A DNA stretch of 62,628 nucleotides, filler included, from Pseudobdellovibrionaceae bacterium (lineage in GTDB: Bacteria; Bdellovibrionota; Bdellovibrionia; Bdellovibrionales; UBA1609): the NCBI GenBank assembly GCA_030591685.1. It is 5 parts of 5 records of this genome, joined end to end, with 100 filler letters (N's around TTAATTAATTAA, not from the genome) between each part and the next. Parts side by side here need not be neighbours in the genome. Positions count along the whole stretch, not along the records: positions 31,995 to 51,765 come from JAUVAX010000040.1; 4 more parts are not named here. The stretch is one strand, 5' to 3'. The position numbers were made by a program, and so were the translations under genes. Each line of letters starts with the position of its first letter. Within the stretch, counting starts at the first letter, position 1. Of the stretch, positions 37,933-47,781 are shown piece after piece. The notes under the pieces were generated by a model. That model did not search any database, was not told the DNA's origin, and saw only the letters and a program-made list of their open reading frames with translations.

Positions 37933-38394
37933 ATGAGCTTACGTGAAATCAGCAACAAAAAAATTGAAACCTATACCCCTTCAAGGGACTCTCAAAAGAA
38001 GCCTACGGACTTAAGCCCTGATCACATGACTCAAGGTATTTCAAAAATTATGACTACAAATTTGAGCACAGTAACCCCTGAAGAGGACCTTTTAGTAGCC
38101 TGGAAGCTGATGTCTGAATTGGGTGTTCATCATTTACCAGTTGTTAGCGCCGAAGGTGAGTTAATAGGCATACTTTCAGATAGGGATTTGGCCCGAATAG
38201 GGCATCAGATCACTAGCTTTTTTGTTAAAGACATAATGACTAAGCGTGTGATTATTGCCTCTGAGGAGACTTCTGTCTCTGAAGTCATTCAAGTTATGAT
38301 TAATGAAAAAATTAGTTCAATCCCTGTTTTAGATGCCTCTAACAAAATTAAAGGCATAGTGACGGACACGGATATTTTAAAAAGCCTTTGTTAA
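37933..38394 (+). CDS. CBS domain pair protein
   Basis: IMT..., HHLPVV...GILSDRD, VKDIMT, SSIPV...GIVTDTD. Confidence 0.92.
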   Translation: MSLREISNKKIETYTPSRDSQKKPTDLSPDHMTQGISKIMTTNLSTVTPEEDLLVAWKLMSELGVHHLPVVSAEGELIGILSDRDLARIGHQITSFFVKDIMTKRVIIASEETSVSEVIQVMINEKISSIPVLDASNKIKGIVTDTDILKSLC

Positions 38395-38819
38395 CCTTCA
38401 GTTTTTTTTAACGAGTTATTTGCCCGGTTGCAGTGCAAAGAAGAATGTAAAAATAGTGAAACCTTTTCTGATTCAGGCACGTTGTAGTGCAGCTGCAATG
38501 CCACAGCCCCTAATGAGCTATTTAGAGCTGGCTTGAATTCACTTTGTGAAGTTAAAGATGAGTTAGATATTATAATGTTCTCACAAACAATCTCAAGACA
38601 GGGCTGTGCTAATAGGTGCGGTAGTTTCTCTGGTATAGTCAATAGGTTATGTGTGTTTGGCGTGCTGTCTCTTTAATCTCTTGTTAAAATAAAATTCACA
38701 GATCTTTAAAATAAACTATTTAGTAAGGCTAAATAAATAAATAAACTCTGTTTTATCTATAATTTTAAACCCTAAATAAGTTTAGCAAAAAAACTACTTT
38801 TTATTTAGGCGTAAAGATT

Positions 38820-40220
38820 TTAATTTATAGGACTCAAAAGAGAAAACCTAACCGTTTCAATATGATATTGATTGTTGGATTTAATTTTAAATTTAAGGGC
38901 TAATTGGGGGTTGTTAATAAATTTATAATCTTTTGAAAATTTAATAAATATAGGGGCTCTAAAAAGATCTTCCGCGGTAATTACAACAGGATTAAGTGGG
39001 GTAATTAGTTGAATGTTTTGAGTGGTATATTTTTGGTCTAAAGAAATATGTACTGTTACCGTTTTTTTACTTTGGTTTTTTATATATAATTTAAAAAAGT
39101 TTGTATAGTTAAGCGTTTCATTTTTAAGTTCTTTAAATGGAGCCCCCTTTTGCCTAAGTACAGAGAGACTGTACGGGTTGCGGTCTTGTAAAAAAAAGGT
39201 AAGACTAAGTAGAGCAATCAGTAAAGAGACTCCATAAACAATAACCCTGGGGCGATACCACTTTCTGTTCTCTAACCCGGCCTCAGAATTGTAGCGTATA
39301 AGACCTTTTGGTTTATTAAGTTTTGACATGATAGAGTCACAGGCATCCATGCAAGCGGTGCAAGCGACACACTCCATTTGAAGGCCATTTCTGATGTCTA
39401 TCCCCGTAGGGCACACAGTTACGCACTTATAACAGTTTACACAGTCAGCGTGGTCCTTTTTGTCTTTATTTAGTCCTTTACGGGGTTCACCACGTTTCTC
39501 GTCATAAAAAGGGGCTAGTGAATGCTCATCCATTAAGATCGATTGAAACCTGCCGTAAGGGCACATGATGATGCAAAACTGCTCTCTAAACCACAAAAAA
39601 TTAAACATCAAGGCGGATGTAGTAAGGACAATAAAACTAAAACTAAACCAATTATTTGTAGGTGATGAAAGTATCATATCCATCAAGTTATCAGTCCCGA
39701 CAAAGTAAGCTAAAAAACTGTGGGTCACAATAAGAGTCACTAAAAAATAGAGCGTAAATTTAATTAATTTTTTAATAACTCGTTGGGCATCCCAAGGTCC
39801 ACGATCTGATTTTATTCGTTTTAGGTAACTGCCTTCAATGAGCTCATCAATTCGTCGAAATATACCATCAATAAATACTGTTTGTGGGCAAGCCCAGCCA
39901 CACCACACTCGACCCCAAAGTGTTGTAGCTAATGCTAAGGCAAAAACTACAATAGCTAATACAAAGAAAAACAAGGGGGCGTCATGGGCCCACAAAATAA
40001 GGCCAAAAAAATTAAATCGTCGGTTTGGTATGTCGAGCAACAAACTCTGCTCGCCACCAATTTTTATCCAAGGTAAGGCTAAGAATAATAATATTAAAAA
40101 AAAATGAATCTTATTTTTTAATGAATTAAAGTAACCCTTAGCCCTTGCTGCATAAACAAATACTCGAGCGCCTTTTGCATCCGTTGTTGAAAGGCGCTTT
40201 GTTATGACCTCTTTACTCAA
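38820..40220 (-). CDS. ccoG: cbb3 oxidase accessory ferredoxin-like protein
   Basis: GRVWCGWACPQT, REQFC..MCPYGRFQ, CVNCYKCVTVCPTGIDIRNG.QMEC..C.AC.DAC. Confidence 0.96.
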   Translation of the reverse strand: MSKEVITKRLSTTDAKGARVFVYAARAKGYFNSLKNKIHFFLILLFLALPWIKIGGEQSLLLDIPNRRFNFFGLILWAHDAPLFFFVLAIVVFALALATTLWGRVWCGWACPQTVFIDGIFRRIDELIEGSYLKRIKSDRGPWDAQRVIKKLIKFTLYFLVTLIVTHSFLAYFVGTDNLMDMILSSPTNNWFSFSFIVLTTSALMFNFLWFREQFCIIMCPYGRFQSILMDEHSLAPFYDEKRGEPRKGLNKDKKDHADCVNCYKCVTVCPTGIDIRNGLQMECVACTACMDACDSIMSKLNKPKGLIRYNSEAGLENRKWYRPRVIVYGVSLLIALLSLTFFLQDRNPYSLSVLRQKGAPFKELKNETLNYTNFFKLYIKNQSKKTVTVHISLDQKYTTQNIQLITPLNPVVITAEDLFRAPIFIKFSKDYKFINNPQLALKFKIKSNNQYHIETVRFSLLSPIN

Positions 40221-40788
40221 TTAAGGTCCCTTCATGAGTTTTTGCATTTTTTGGGTTTGTACCTAATAGGCTTCTTACAAAGACTGTCGTGTTTTGGAGA
40301 TCCTTAGGACTAAGTATCTTGCCCCACTCAGGCATCCCCTTGTCAATAACTCCTGTAGAAATAACTAATAACACAGATTTTAAACTACCGTCCCCATGGA
40401 CCCAGTAGTTATCTGTTAAATTTGGACCAATTAACCCTTCGCCAAAGGCCCCATGGCAAGCTAAGCAGTTTTTATTATAAAGGGCACGGCCCTCGTTAAT
40501 AACTTGCTTGTCATTGATTAAAGCTAAAAGGTCCGCCTCACTTAGTTTCTTTGTTTGCTCTTGTGTGAGGTTTTCTTGAGCTTCAATTTTAACTAAATTT
40601 TGATCGAGCTCCTCTGATAAACTTAAGCCCGGGCCAAAGTGGTAATAATAAACATATATTGGTGCGAAAACAATTGTTATATAAAAGGTAAACAACCACC
40701 AGCGGGGGAGGGGGTTGTCGTACTCTTTAATTCCGTCATAGTCATGATCTAAAAGTAAAACCTCATCGTTTTTTTTATCATCACTCAT
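40213..40788 (-). CDS. ccoP: cbb3 oxidase subunit III (single heme)
   Basis: HDYDGIKEYDNPLPRWW, CLACH, GPNLTD.YW, GMP.W. Confidence 0.93.
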   Translation of the reverse strand: MSDDKKNDEVLLLDHDYDGIKEYDNPLPRWWLFTFYITIVFAPIYVYYYHFGPGLSLSEELDQNLVKIEAQENLTQEQTKKLSEADLLALINDKQVINEGRALYNKNCLACHGAFGEGLIGPNLTDNYWVHGDGSLKSVLLVISTGVIDKGMPEWGKILSPKDLQNTTVFVRSLLGTNPKNAKTHEGTLIE

Positions 40789-40790
40789 TT

Positions 40791-40955
40791 TTATGTATCC
40801 CCATTAATGACCGAATTTGCCATTTGTTCATAATGTTTTTTTTGTGATTTTCGGTAAACCCTGTAGACTATTAAAAAAAATACTGTCGCAAAAATAAATA
40901 ATGCAAACGGTATATAAGTTAACTCATGAACTTGTACTAACATTTGTGTATTCAT
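40791..40955 (-). CDS. ccoQ: cbb3 oxidase subunit IV (not in the ORF track)
   Basis: Hand translation MNTQMLVQVHELTYIPFALFIFATVFFLIVYRVYRKSQKKHYEQMANSVINGDT*; ATGA overlap with the ccoNO stop; single TM; expected position. Confidence 0.85.
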   Translation of the reverse strand: MNTQMLVQVHELTYIPFALFIFATVFFLIVYRVYRKSQKKHYEQMANSVINGDT

Positions 40956-43090
40956 AATTCACCCTCTGGGTTAATGGCCTTTTGCCCAAGAGCCTGTAAA
41001 TAGGCAATTAAAGCTACTATCTCTTTGCGTGTTAGGTCTTCAACTGAAGCATTAACTCCCCCAGAGATTATTAATCTCTCAGCTATTTGCCGAGCTTGTT
41101 TTTCAGCCAATATATCAGCATTAGCTACTTCCTCTTTGGTGTAGGGGACGCCAAGGTTTTTCATAACACTGAGCTTTTTTCTTAAAATATAGAGGTCTGT
41201 TTTTTTATCAGCAAGCCATGGGTAGTTGGGCATTAACGACTGTTGAACAACGGATCTAGGGTTAATCATGTGCTTGTAGTGCCAAGCATCAGGATATTTT
41301 TTACCAATCCTAGCTAAATCAGGGCCTGTTCTTTTTGATCCCCACTGAAAGGGTCGGTTATACATGCTCTCTTCAATTGTAGATGCAGGGCCAAACCTTT
41401 GCACATCCGTAGCCAGCTTTCTGATCATTTGGGAGTGGCAAACATAACAGCCCTCTTTAATGTAGATGTCCCTTCCGGCTAACTCTAGAGGGGTAAATGT
41501 TTTCACCTTTTTGCCTTCGGACACGTAACTGTCTAAAGATAATACGGGCATAATTTCAATGATCGACCCTACGAGTACTGATATTAAAACGAGTATGGTA
41601 AATGAAGTTGCCAGCCCCTCAAAGTGACGATGGCTCTTAGGGATAAACTCTATACCCTTTTTGTTTTTAATGACAGGGGCTGAAAACACCTCTTCTGGCT
41701 GGTCAGAGGGTGCCGACTTAATGGTTTTATAAATATTGTAGACTAAAAATAAAAACCCAATAAGGTATATAAGCCCTGCAAAAGCTCTGACTTGGTATAG
41801 GGGGACTATCTTGGTGACGGTTTCAACAAAATCAGGGTAGACCAGTTGGCCATTACCATCGACAGCTCTCCACATAAGGCCCTGGGTAATGCCTGCGGCC
41901 CACATAGAGATATAGTAAATTAAAATACCAAAAATGCCGGTCCAAAAATGTAATGTGGCTAACTTGTCGCTATAAAGTTTAGTTTTCCAAATTTTAGGTA
42001 CTAAGTAATATATGACCCCAAAAGCCATAAACCCATTCCAACCAAGGGTGCCGGCATGCACATGGGCAACGATCCAGTCTGTATAGTGCCCCAAGGCACT
42101 TACAGATTTAATTGAAAGTAACGGGCCTTCAAAGGTAGTCATCCCGTAAAAGGTAAGCGCAGCTACGTAGAATTTAACAATAGGGCTTGTCCTTAGCTTG
42201 TCCCATGCACCACGTAAGGTGAGTAGGCCATTGATCATACCGCCCCAGCTTGGCGCCCAGAGCATTAAACTGAACACCATCCCAAGTGTTTGTAGCCAGT
42301 TTGGCAAAGCTGTGTATAAAAGATGATGTGGGCCAGCCCAGATGTAAATAAATACTAAAGCCCAAAAATGTATAATAGAAAGTCGATAACTATAAATAGG
42401 CCGACCCACTGATTTTGGGAGGTAATAATACATTAAACCTAAAAACGGAGTTGTTAAAAAGAAGGCAACCGCATTATGCCCATACCACCACTGTACTAAA
42501 GCATCTTGAATGCCTGCATACACAGGGTAGCTTTTTAATAAACTAACCGGCAGCGCTATAGAGTTTACAATATGTAAAATCGCGACAGTTAATACTGTAG
42601 CTATATAAAACCAAATAGCTACATAAAGGTGCTTAACTCTCCTTATGGCAATGGTTCCAAAAAAGTTGATCGCAAATACAACCCACACAACAGCGATTAA
42701 TATGTCAAGGGGCCACTCGAGCTCTGCATACTCTTTGCCTGTTGAAAACCCTAAGGGCAGGGTTACAGCAGCTAAAAGAATCATAAGCTGCCAGCCCCAA
42801 AAATGAACCTTACTTAACACATCTGAGAACAGTCGTGCCTTTAATAGTCGCTGAGTGGAATGATAAATCCCCGCAAAAACAATATTACCAGCAAAGGCAA
42901 AGATAGCCGCATTTGTATGTAAGGGCCGTAGGCGACCAAAGGTTAACCACTCTAAATCGAAATTAGCCTGCCAGTAAGCCATTTGGTAAGCTATTATTAC
43001 TCCTAAAAGTAGTGCTACAAATGCCCACCCAATTGTGGCTAACAAAAATGCTTTAACGATTTTGTCGTTATAGGTTTGTTTAGTTTCCAT
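40952..43090 (-). CDS. ccoN: cbb3 cytochrome c oxidase fused subunits I/II (CcoN-CcoO)
   Basis: GRLRPLHTN, QWWYGHNAV, WAGPHH, HVH; C-terminal EGCYVCHSQMIR, WGSKRTGPDL. Confidence 0.97.
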   Translation of the reverse strand: METKQTYNDKIVKAFLLATIGWAFVALLLGVIIAYQMAYWQANFDLEWLTFGRLRPLHTNAAIFAFAGNIVFAGIYHSTQRLLKARLFSDVLSKVHFWGWQLMILLAAVTLPLGFSTGKEYAELEWPLDILIAVVWVVFAINFFGTIAIRRVKHLYVAIWFYIATVLTVAILHIVNSIALPVSLLKSYPVYAGIQDALVQWWYGHNAVAFFLTTPFLGLMYYYLPKSVGRPIYSYRLSIIHFWALVFIYIWAGPHHLLYTALPNWLQTLGMVFSLMLWAPSWGGMINGLLTLRGAWDKLRTSPIVKFYVAALTFYGMTTFEGPLLSIKSVSALGHYTDWIVAHVHAGTLGWNGFMAFGVIYYLVPKIWKTKLYSDKLATLHFWTGIFGILIYYISMWAAGITQGLMWRAVDGNGQLVYPDFVETVTKIVPLYQVRAFAGLIYLIGFLFLVYNIYKTIKSAPSDQPEEVFSAPVIKNKKGIEFIPKSHRHFEGLATSFTILVLISVLVGSIIEIMPVLSLDSYVSEGKKVKTFTPLELAGRDIYIKEGCYVCHSQMIRKLATDVQRFGPASTIEESMYNRPFQWGSKRTGPDLARIGKKYPDAWHYKHMINPRSVVQQSLMPNYPWLADKKTDLYILRKKLSVMKNLGVPYTKEEVANADILAEKQARQIAERLIISGGVNASVEDLTRKEIVALIAYLQALGQKAINPEGEL

Positions 43091-43280
43091 TTGCTTTCTC
43101 CATTGTAGTACTTTGGGGGGTTAAATTTTCAGGGGTATCTTCTGACTCATCTATTAAAATTTCATAAGCCGGGGTAACTAGGTCGTCAAATTGCCCTTGT
43201 TTTGTGGCTTTAATAAATAGGTATAAAAACACTCCAGCTAAAATTAATGTTAAAGGTATCATAAGCATCAAAATATTCAT
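43080..43280 (-). CDS. ccoS: cbb3 maturation protein
   Basis: TM followed by GQFDDL..PA..IL. Confidence 0.92.
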   Translation of the reverse strand: MNILMLMIPLTLILAGVFLYLFIKATKQGQFDDLVTPAYEILIDESEDTPENLTPQSTTMEKANGN

Positions 43281-45463
43281 TAGTGAGAGGCCTCTAAATA
43301 CTTAGGTGTTAAATTAAACTCGGGCCCTTTAGGGGTAGAGGTTTTAGACGCTCTATTAAAGCCCCTTAAAAATGATGTGCCCCACAGGCTAGAGCTTAAA
43401 ACAAATAATGAGCTCAAAGGCATTAATATAGCCGCCAATAAAGGCGAAATGTAGCCCATTAAGGCGAACGTGGCCCCTAATAAATTGTACACTAATGAAA
43501 AACCTAAATTACGCCTTATAACCTTAAGTGTTTCTTTAGATAACTCATAAAGCTCATATATTTGATAAAGTCCGGGTTGGCTGAGGTAAACATCACTGGC
43601 TTTAAGGGTGGACTCCATGCTCCCAGAGGCCGCTATACTTAGGTGACTCGAAGCCAGAGCTAATGAGTCGTTGACTCCGTCGCCGACCATTAAAGTGAGA
43701 GGATGACTTTGGACCCAAGTGTGTTTTTGCTCTGGGTTTTTATTAAAAAATAAATTTTTATTACTTAAGCCTAATTTTAAACCCACGGATTTAACAGCGC
43801 CTTCGTTATCGCCAGATAAAATAAAGATACTAAACTTGTTTTTTAAAAACATCTTTATGGTTTTAAAACTGTCTTCGCGCAACTCATCACCCAGGTAGGC
43901 CACATTCAATAAAGAGTTGTTCTTATAAAGTCCGACGGCCGTATAATCGGTCTTATTTAATTTATAAGATTTTAATTCAAAATTGTCCATTTCTATTTGG
44001 CAGCTCACGCCAACGCCAGAAACCTCTTTGTGACTTTTTGTCTCAAGGCAGGGGGCTTTGCTCTTCCCGAGGTGGTCCCAATAGTAATTTTTAAAAGCAT
44101 TTGCAAGAGGATGACTGGAGTTTCTCTCCAACTCGTAGATGACCTGTAGGTCATGCAGGCTTGGCGAGCCCCTTTCCCATTTAATGAGCTTGAACTCGCC
44201 GACGGTAAGGGTGCCTGTTTTATCAAAAACTATATTTTTTATTTTAACAAATCGCTCAAAGACCTCTGCGTTTTTTATTAGCAACCCCTTTTTGCTAGCT
44301 TTAATCAAAGATAAGCTTTGAGACAACGGTGTGGCCAATGCTATCGCACAAGGGCATGCCAGGATAATAAGGGCTAAAAATCGATGTATGGCCTCTTCAG
44401 GGTCTACAAAAAGATAAAAGCAACAAAATATAAACCCAATTATAAATAATATGATCACAAAAAGACTAGAGGCTCGATCGGTAAAAGAGGTGAGTTGAGA
44501 GGGTTTTTTTATTTCAGCATCTAATTTTTCAAACAATAAACTGATTCTTGAGTTACTAGATGTAGAGGTCACTTTTATAACAGCACGCTCAGACAAAAGC
44601 ATTGTGCCCGAATAACAATTTTGATTTTGTGTTATTTCTACGGGTCGAGCTTCTCCAGTGATCACGGAGTTATTGAGGCTCGCCTTTTTGCTAACAAGCT
44701 GCCCATCAAGGGGTATAAGCTCACCCTTTTTTACTAACATAATATCATTAACTTTTATGGACTCGGCACTCAGCATCTCGCACTCATCACCGGAGCTACT
44801 CATTTTGCGCGCCAAAGACGGCAAAAAGCTCTTTAAATATGAAATTCCAAGATATTTTTGCTGCATTTTTTTTAAAAAATAACGAGATGATAGCAATAAA
44901 AAAACTAAAATAGCTAACGAGTCAAAGTACGTTTTACCAAAGCTATAAAATAAATTATAAACGCTTAGCCCTGCACCCAAAATTATAGACACAGTTATGG
45001 GGACATCAATAGAGAGCCTCTTTCTTTTAAAACTATCTAGAGTATTAATATAAAACGGGGTCGCAGAGTAAAATAAAATAGGCAAAAAAAGTATAAAAGT
45101 TAACCACTCAAAGTATTTACCTAAGTCACCCTCAGCCCCTGAATATATAGAAACTGAGAAGAGCATTATATTACCGGCAAAAAGTGCTGCCACAGCGATT
45201 TTGATTAAAAAACTGCGATTTTCTTTGATATTTATTTTAAGAGCATCATTTTTATCCTCTATGGGGTGTAGTTTAAACCCTAAGGACTCAATGTCTTTTT
45301 GTATGCTATTTGTCGATTCTGTTTTGGGGGCTAAGAGCAAAAGTGTATTGCGGCTCATATCAACAGAAAGTTCAATTTTTGGGTAATTGGGCTTTAGTGA
45401 ATAGATCTTTCTCAGGCAACCAGAGCAGGTAACACCATCAATATAAAAAGAATGACTTAACAT
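43280..45463 (-). CDS. ccoI: Cu-transporting P1B ATPase, CcoI/FixI type
   Basis: CSGC, GNIML, TGE, ACPCA, DKTGT, HP, GDG.ND, YN, MP.SS. Confidence 0.93.
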   Translation of the reverse strand: MLSHSFYIDGVTCSGCLRKIYSLKPNYPKIELSVDMSRNTLLLLAPKTESTNSIQKDIESLGFKLHPIEDKNDALKINIKENRSFLIKIAVAALFAGNIMLFSVSIYSGAEGDLGKYFEWLTFILFLPILFYSATPFYINTLDSFKRKRLSIDVPITVSIILGAGLSVYNLFYSFGKTYFDSLAILVFLLLSSRYFLKKMQQKYLGISYLKSFLPSLARKMSSSGDECEMLSAESIKVNDIMLVKKGELIPLDGQLVSKKASLNNSVITGEARPVEITQNQNCYSGTMLLSERAVIKVTSTSSNSRISLLFEKLDAEIKKPSQLTSFTDRASSLFVIILFIIGFIFCCFYLFVDPEEAIHRFLALIILACPCAIALATPLSQSLSLIKASKKGLLIKNAEVFERFVKIKNIVFDKTGTLTVGEFKLIKWERGSPSLHDLQVIYELERNSSHPLANAFKNYYWDHLGKSKAPCLETKSHKEVSGVGVSCQIEMDNFELKSYKLNKTDYTAVGLYKNNSLLNVAYLGDELREDSFKTIKMFLKNKFSIFILSGDNEGAVKSVGLKLGLSNKNLFFNKNPEQKHTWVQSHPLTLMVGDGVNDSLALASSHLSIAASGSMESTLKASDVYLSQPGLYQIYELYELSKETLKVIRRNLGFSLVYNLLGATFALMGYISPLLAAILMPLSSLFVLSSSLWGTSFLRGFNRASKTSTPKGPEFNLTPKYLEASH

Positions 45464-45595
45464 AAATATAAACTCGTTAAATTAATTTAAAAGGTGTAAG
45501 TGATTTGTGATAAGACTACCACTCTTAGTTTAAAAGGTAAATTTAAAAAAGCACAAAACCGCTCTGTTTTTAGGTAATATTTACCTTTTAAATAG

Positions 45596-47029
45596 TTAAA
45601 ACCTTGCCTTCGGGTAACGAAATAAAATGTTTTCGTTAATACCCAATTCGGGGGCTTTGAAGTTTATTAAATAGGACTTATTGTGTTTATATTGAAAGCT
45701 TGCATTGTACACACTGGCCTTGGTTATTGAAATAGGTGAGTTTACGTTTTCAAGGCTCTCGCTGGTGAGTAGCTCGCCACCTTGATGGATAGTGATGGTA
45801 ACGGGGCCGTTAAAAAAAATCACATTGTCCTTTGTAACAATGTGTACATAAAAATCAACCTTTCCTCCGGCTCGGCGGCTCGCTAAGCTTGAAACAAACG
45901 AGTAATTTAGTTTTTGCTCAGGCCTGTTTTTGTAGTTGATCTCACCGGCTAATAAAGTACTCGTGACCATGGTTTCAAAATAATCATCCAGGTCCCATTG
46001 GCCGGCTTTTAAATTTAAGGGTTGTAGAAATATTAAAAACAATAAAATTACAGAGGTTTTTTTTACAATTTTATTTTTTTCATTATTTGTTTTTAGCCCA
46101 GTTGTTAATCTGTTAACCGGGCATACCGATACACACCGGTGACATAGGTCACATGACGGATCATTTAAAACTGTCTTTGGTTTTAACCCTAGCCAGCAGT
46201 TGTCCAGGCAAAGCATACAGTGTTTATCACATTTGACGTTCTTTTTAAAATGCAAACGAACTGGCGAAAATAAGCCAATAAAAGATAAAAACAAACCCGT
46301 CGGGCAGAGCTTTTGGCAGTAAAACCCAGGTAAAATTAATTCGAAAACTAAAACTAAAAATAAAATGACAGCCCATAAACTCAACCCGCCAAAAAGTATA
46401 TAATCACTAATAGCATGCTGCATAAGGGCCGGCGGCAGTAAGTATTGAAGGGCTAAGGGGAACATAATTATAAAAATTGAGATAAAGGTAATATAATACA
46501 AATTAGATTTAGTTTTGTAGCTGACTGTTCGCTTAAATAATTTTCTTTGTAATTTTTGATTTAAAGAGGCAATCAGTGACATAGGGCATATATACCCACA
46601 ATATACACGGCCAAATATTAGGGCTAAAAACAACACGAGTACCGAAGTTACCATGAAAACTAAGCCCCATGTCTGTGGCTCAAAAATTCTTGATAAAAAA
46701 TTAACAGTCATAGTTAAGGGTTCTAAAAAATGCACACCAAATATATTTATGGCATATGGCCCTCCAGAGATATCAGAGTACACAGGGTCTAGGGCGTCTC
46801 TAATGCTATGGTCATATTTTAATAAAAATTTTTGAGCGGTTTTGTTTTGTGTAACAGGGGACTCTAAATATGGGTAAGGGTCCTGCCTAAAGGTGCGTAC
46901 GATTTGAAGTAGTGGGCTTAAAATTAATAAGGTAATAATAAATATTTGTAATGCTTGTCTGAAAAATATAATAAATTTATGTGGCGTAGATATGAGGGCT
47001 TTTTTTTGGGGGGCTGAAGGGCTATCCAT
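45596..47029 (-). CDS. NapH/MauN-like 4Fe-4S membrane protein with C-terminal extension
   Basis: GRVYCGYICPM, YCQKLCPTG, CDKHCMLC..C, CDLCHRCVSVCP, then a hydrophobic segment and about 135 extra residues. Confidence 0.85.
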   Translation of the reverse strand: MDSPSAPQKKALISTPHKFIIFFRQALQIFIITLLILSPLLQIVRTFRQDPYPYLESPVTQNKTAQKFLLKYDHSIRDALDPVYSDISGGPYAINIFGVHFLEPLTMTVNFLSRIFEPQTWGLVFMVTSVLVLFLALIFGRVYCGYICPMSLIASLNQKLQRKLFKRTVSYKTKSNLYYITFISIFIIMFPLALQYLLPPALMQHAISDYILFGGLSLWAVILFLVLVFELILPGFYCQKLCPTGLFLSFIGLFSPVRLHFKKNVKCDKHCMLCLDNCWLGLKPKTVLNDPSCDLCHRCVSVCPVNRLTTGLKTNNEKNKIVKKTSVILLFLIFLQPLNLKAGQWDLDDYFETMVTSTLLAGEINYKNRPEQKLNYSFVSSLASRRAGGKVDFYVHIVTKDNVIFFNGPVTITIHQGGELLTSESLENVNSPISITKASVYNASFQYKHNKSYLINFKAPELGINENILFRYPKARF

Positions 47030-47708
47030 AAATTAAGTCCTCCTCTTTTCTGCGGATGACTATTGCGGATGGGTTTTGAGGGCATCTCTCCTCGCAGCGA
47101 CCGCAACCGATGCAGTAATCAGGGTCCACAATAGGGCGCGCCTTAATGCCAAGCTTGAGTGCGGTGCCCTTAACAGGGCATGCATCTCTGCAAACACCAC
47201 AAATACGACCATTAAAAGATAAGCAATTGGTTTCGGATACATAAGCTGTGCCCATACGGACATTTTTTTTAATTTCTTCAAGGTCTTTTTCAATGGGTTT
47301 TAAAGCGCCTGTCGGGCAAACTTGAGTGCAGTTCATACATAGGTTGCATGCTTTTTGACGTGAATCTAAATAAGGGGTGCCGGCAAGGCGAGGGCTCTCT
47401 AAAAACGTAAAAAACTTAATGCACCCAGCTTCGCAAACATTTACACAAGCTCGGCAGCGTGTACAGTTCTTTAAAAAATGGTCATCGTTTTCAGTGCCCG
47501 GCGGGCGAATATATCTTTTAAAGGCAAATGATTTAGGCCATAAAAAATCAAGCCCTTTGAGTGAGAGGGCGAGGCCACCAGCGGCAAACAATGCAATTTT
47601 TGTTAGTAAAACTCGTCTATTAATAATAACCTCGACTTTAAAAAAGGTAGTGGCTGTTTTTTGTTGAAATGTATTATTGCATAAATAATCGCTTATGAAA
47701 AACATCAA
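47022..47708 (-). CDS. NapG/MauM-like polyferredoxin (start uncertain, possibly 47624)
   Basis: NRRVLL Tat-like motif, IRPPG, CTRCRACVNVC, GTPY, CNLCMNCTQVCPTGAL, C..CGVCRDACP, CIGCGRCEERCP. Confidence 0.88.
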   Translation of the reverse strand: MMFFISDYLCNNTFQQKTATTFFKVEVIINRRVLLTKIALFAAGGLALSLKGLDFLWPKSFAFKRYIRPPGTENDDHFLKNCTRCRACVNVCEAGCIKFFTFLESPRLAGTPYLDSRQKACNLCMNCTQVCPTGALKPIEKDLEEIKKNVRMGTAYVSETNCLSFNGRICGVCRDACPVKGTALKLGIKARPIVDPDYCIGCGRCEERCPQNPSAIVIRRKEEDLIYG

Positions 47709-47781
47709 TTTTCATGGGCTAATATTGTAAACTAGTGTGACGATTTGCCCCTTATTTTGACTCAAACAATAGGTGCTACTG

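Noticed and set aside
38391..38642. 83-aa minus-strand ORF downstream of ccoG
   Set aside because: TTG start, no RBS, no TM or FixH-like features; not called as ccoH.
47740..47772. FNR-like box upstream of the napG-like gene
   Set aside because: TTGACTCAAACAA has the wrong spacing for TTGAT-N4-ATCAA.
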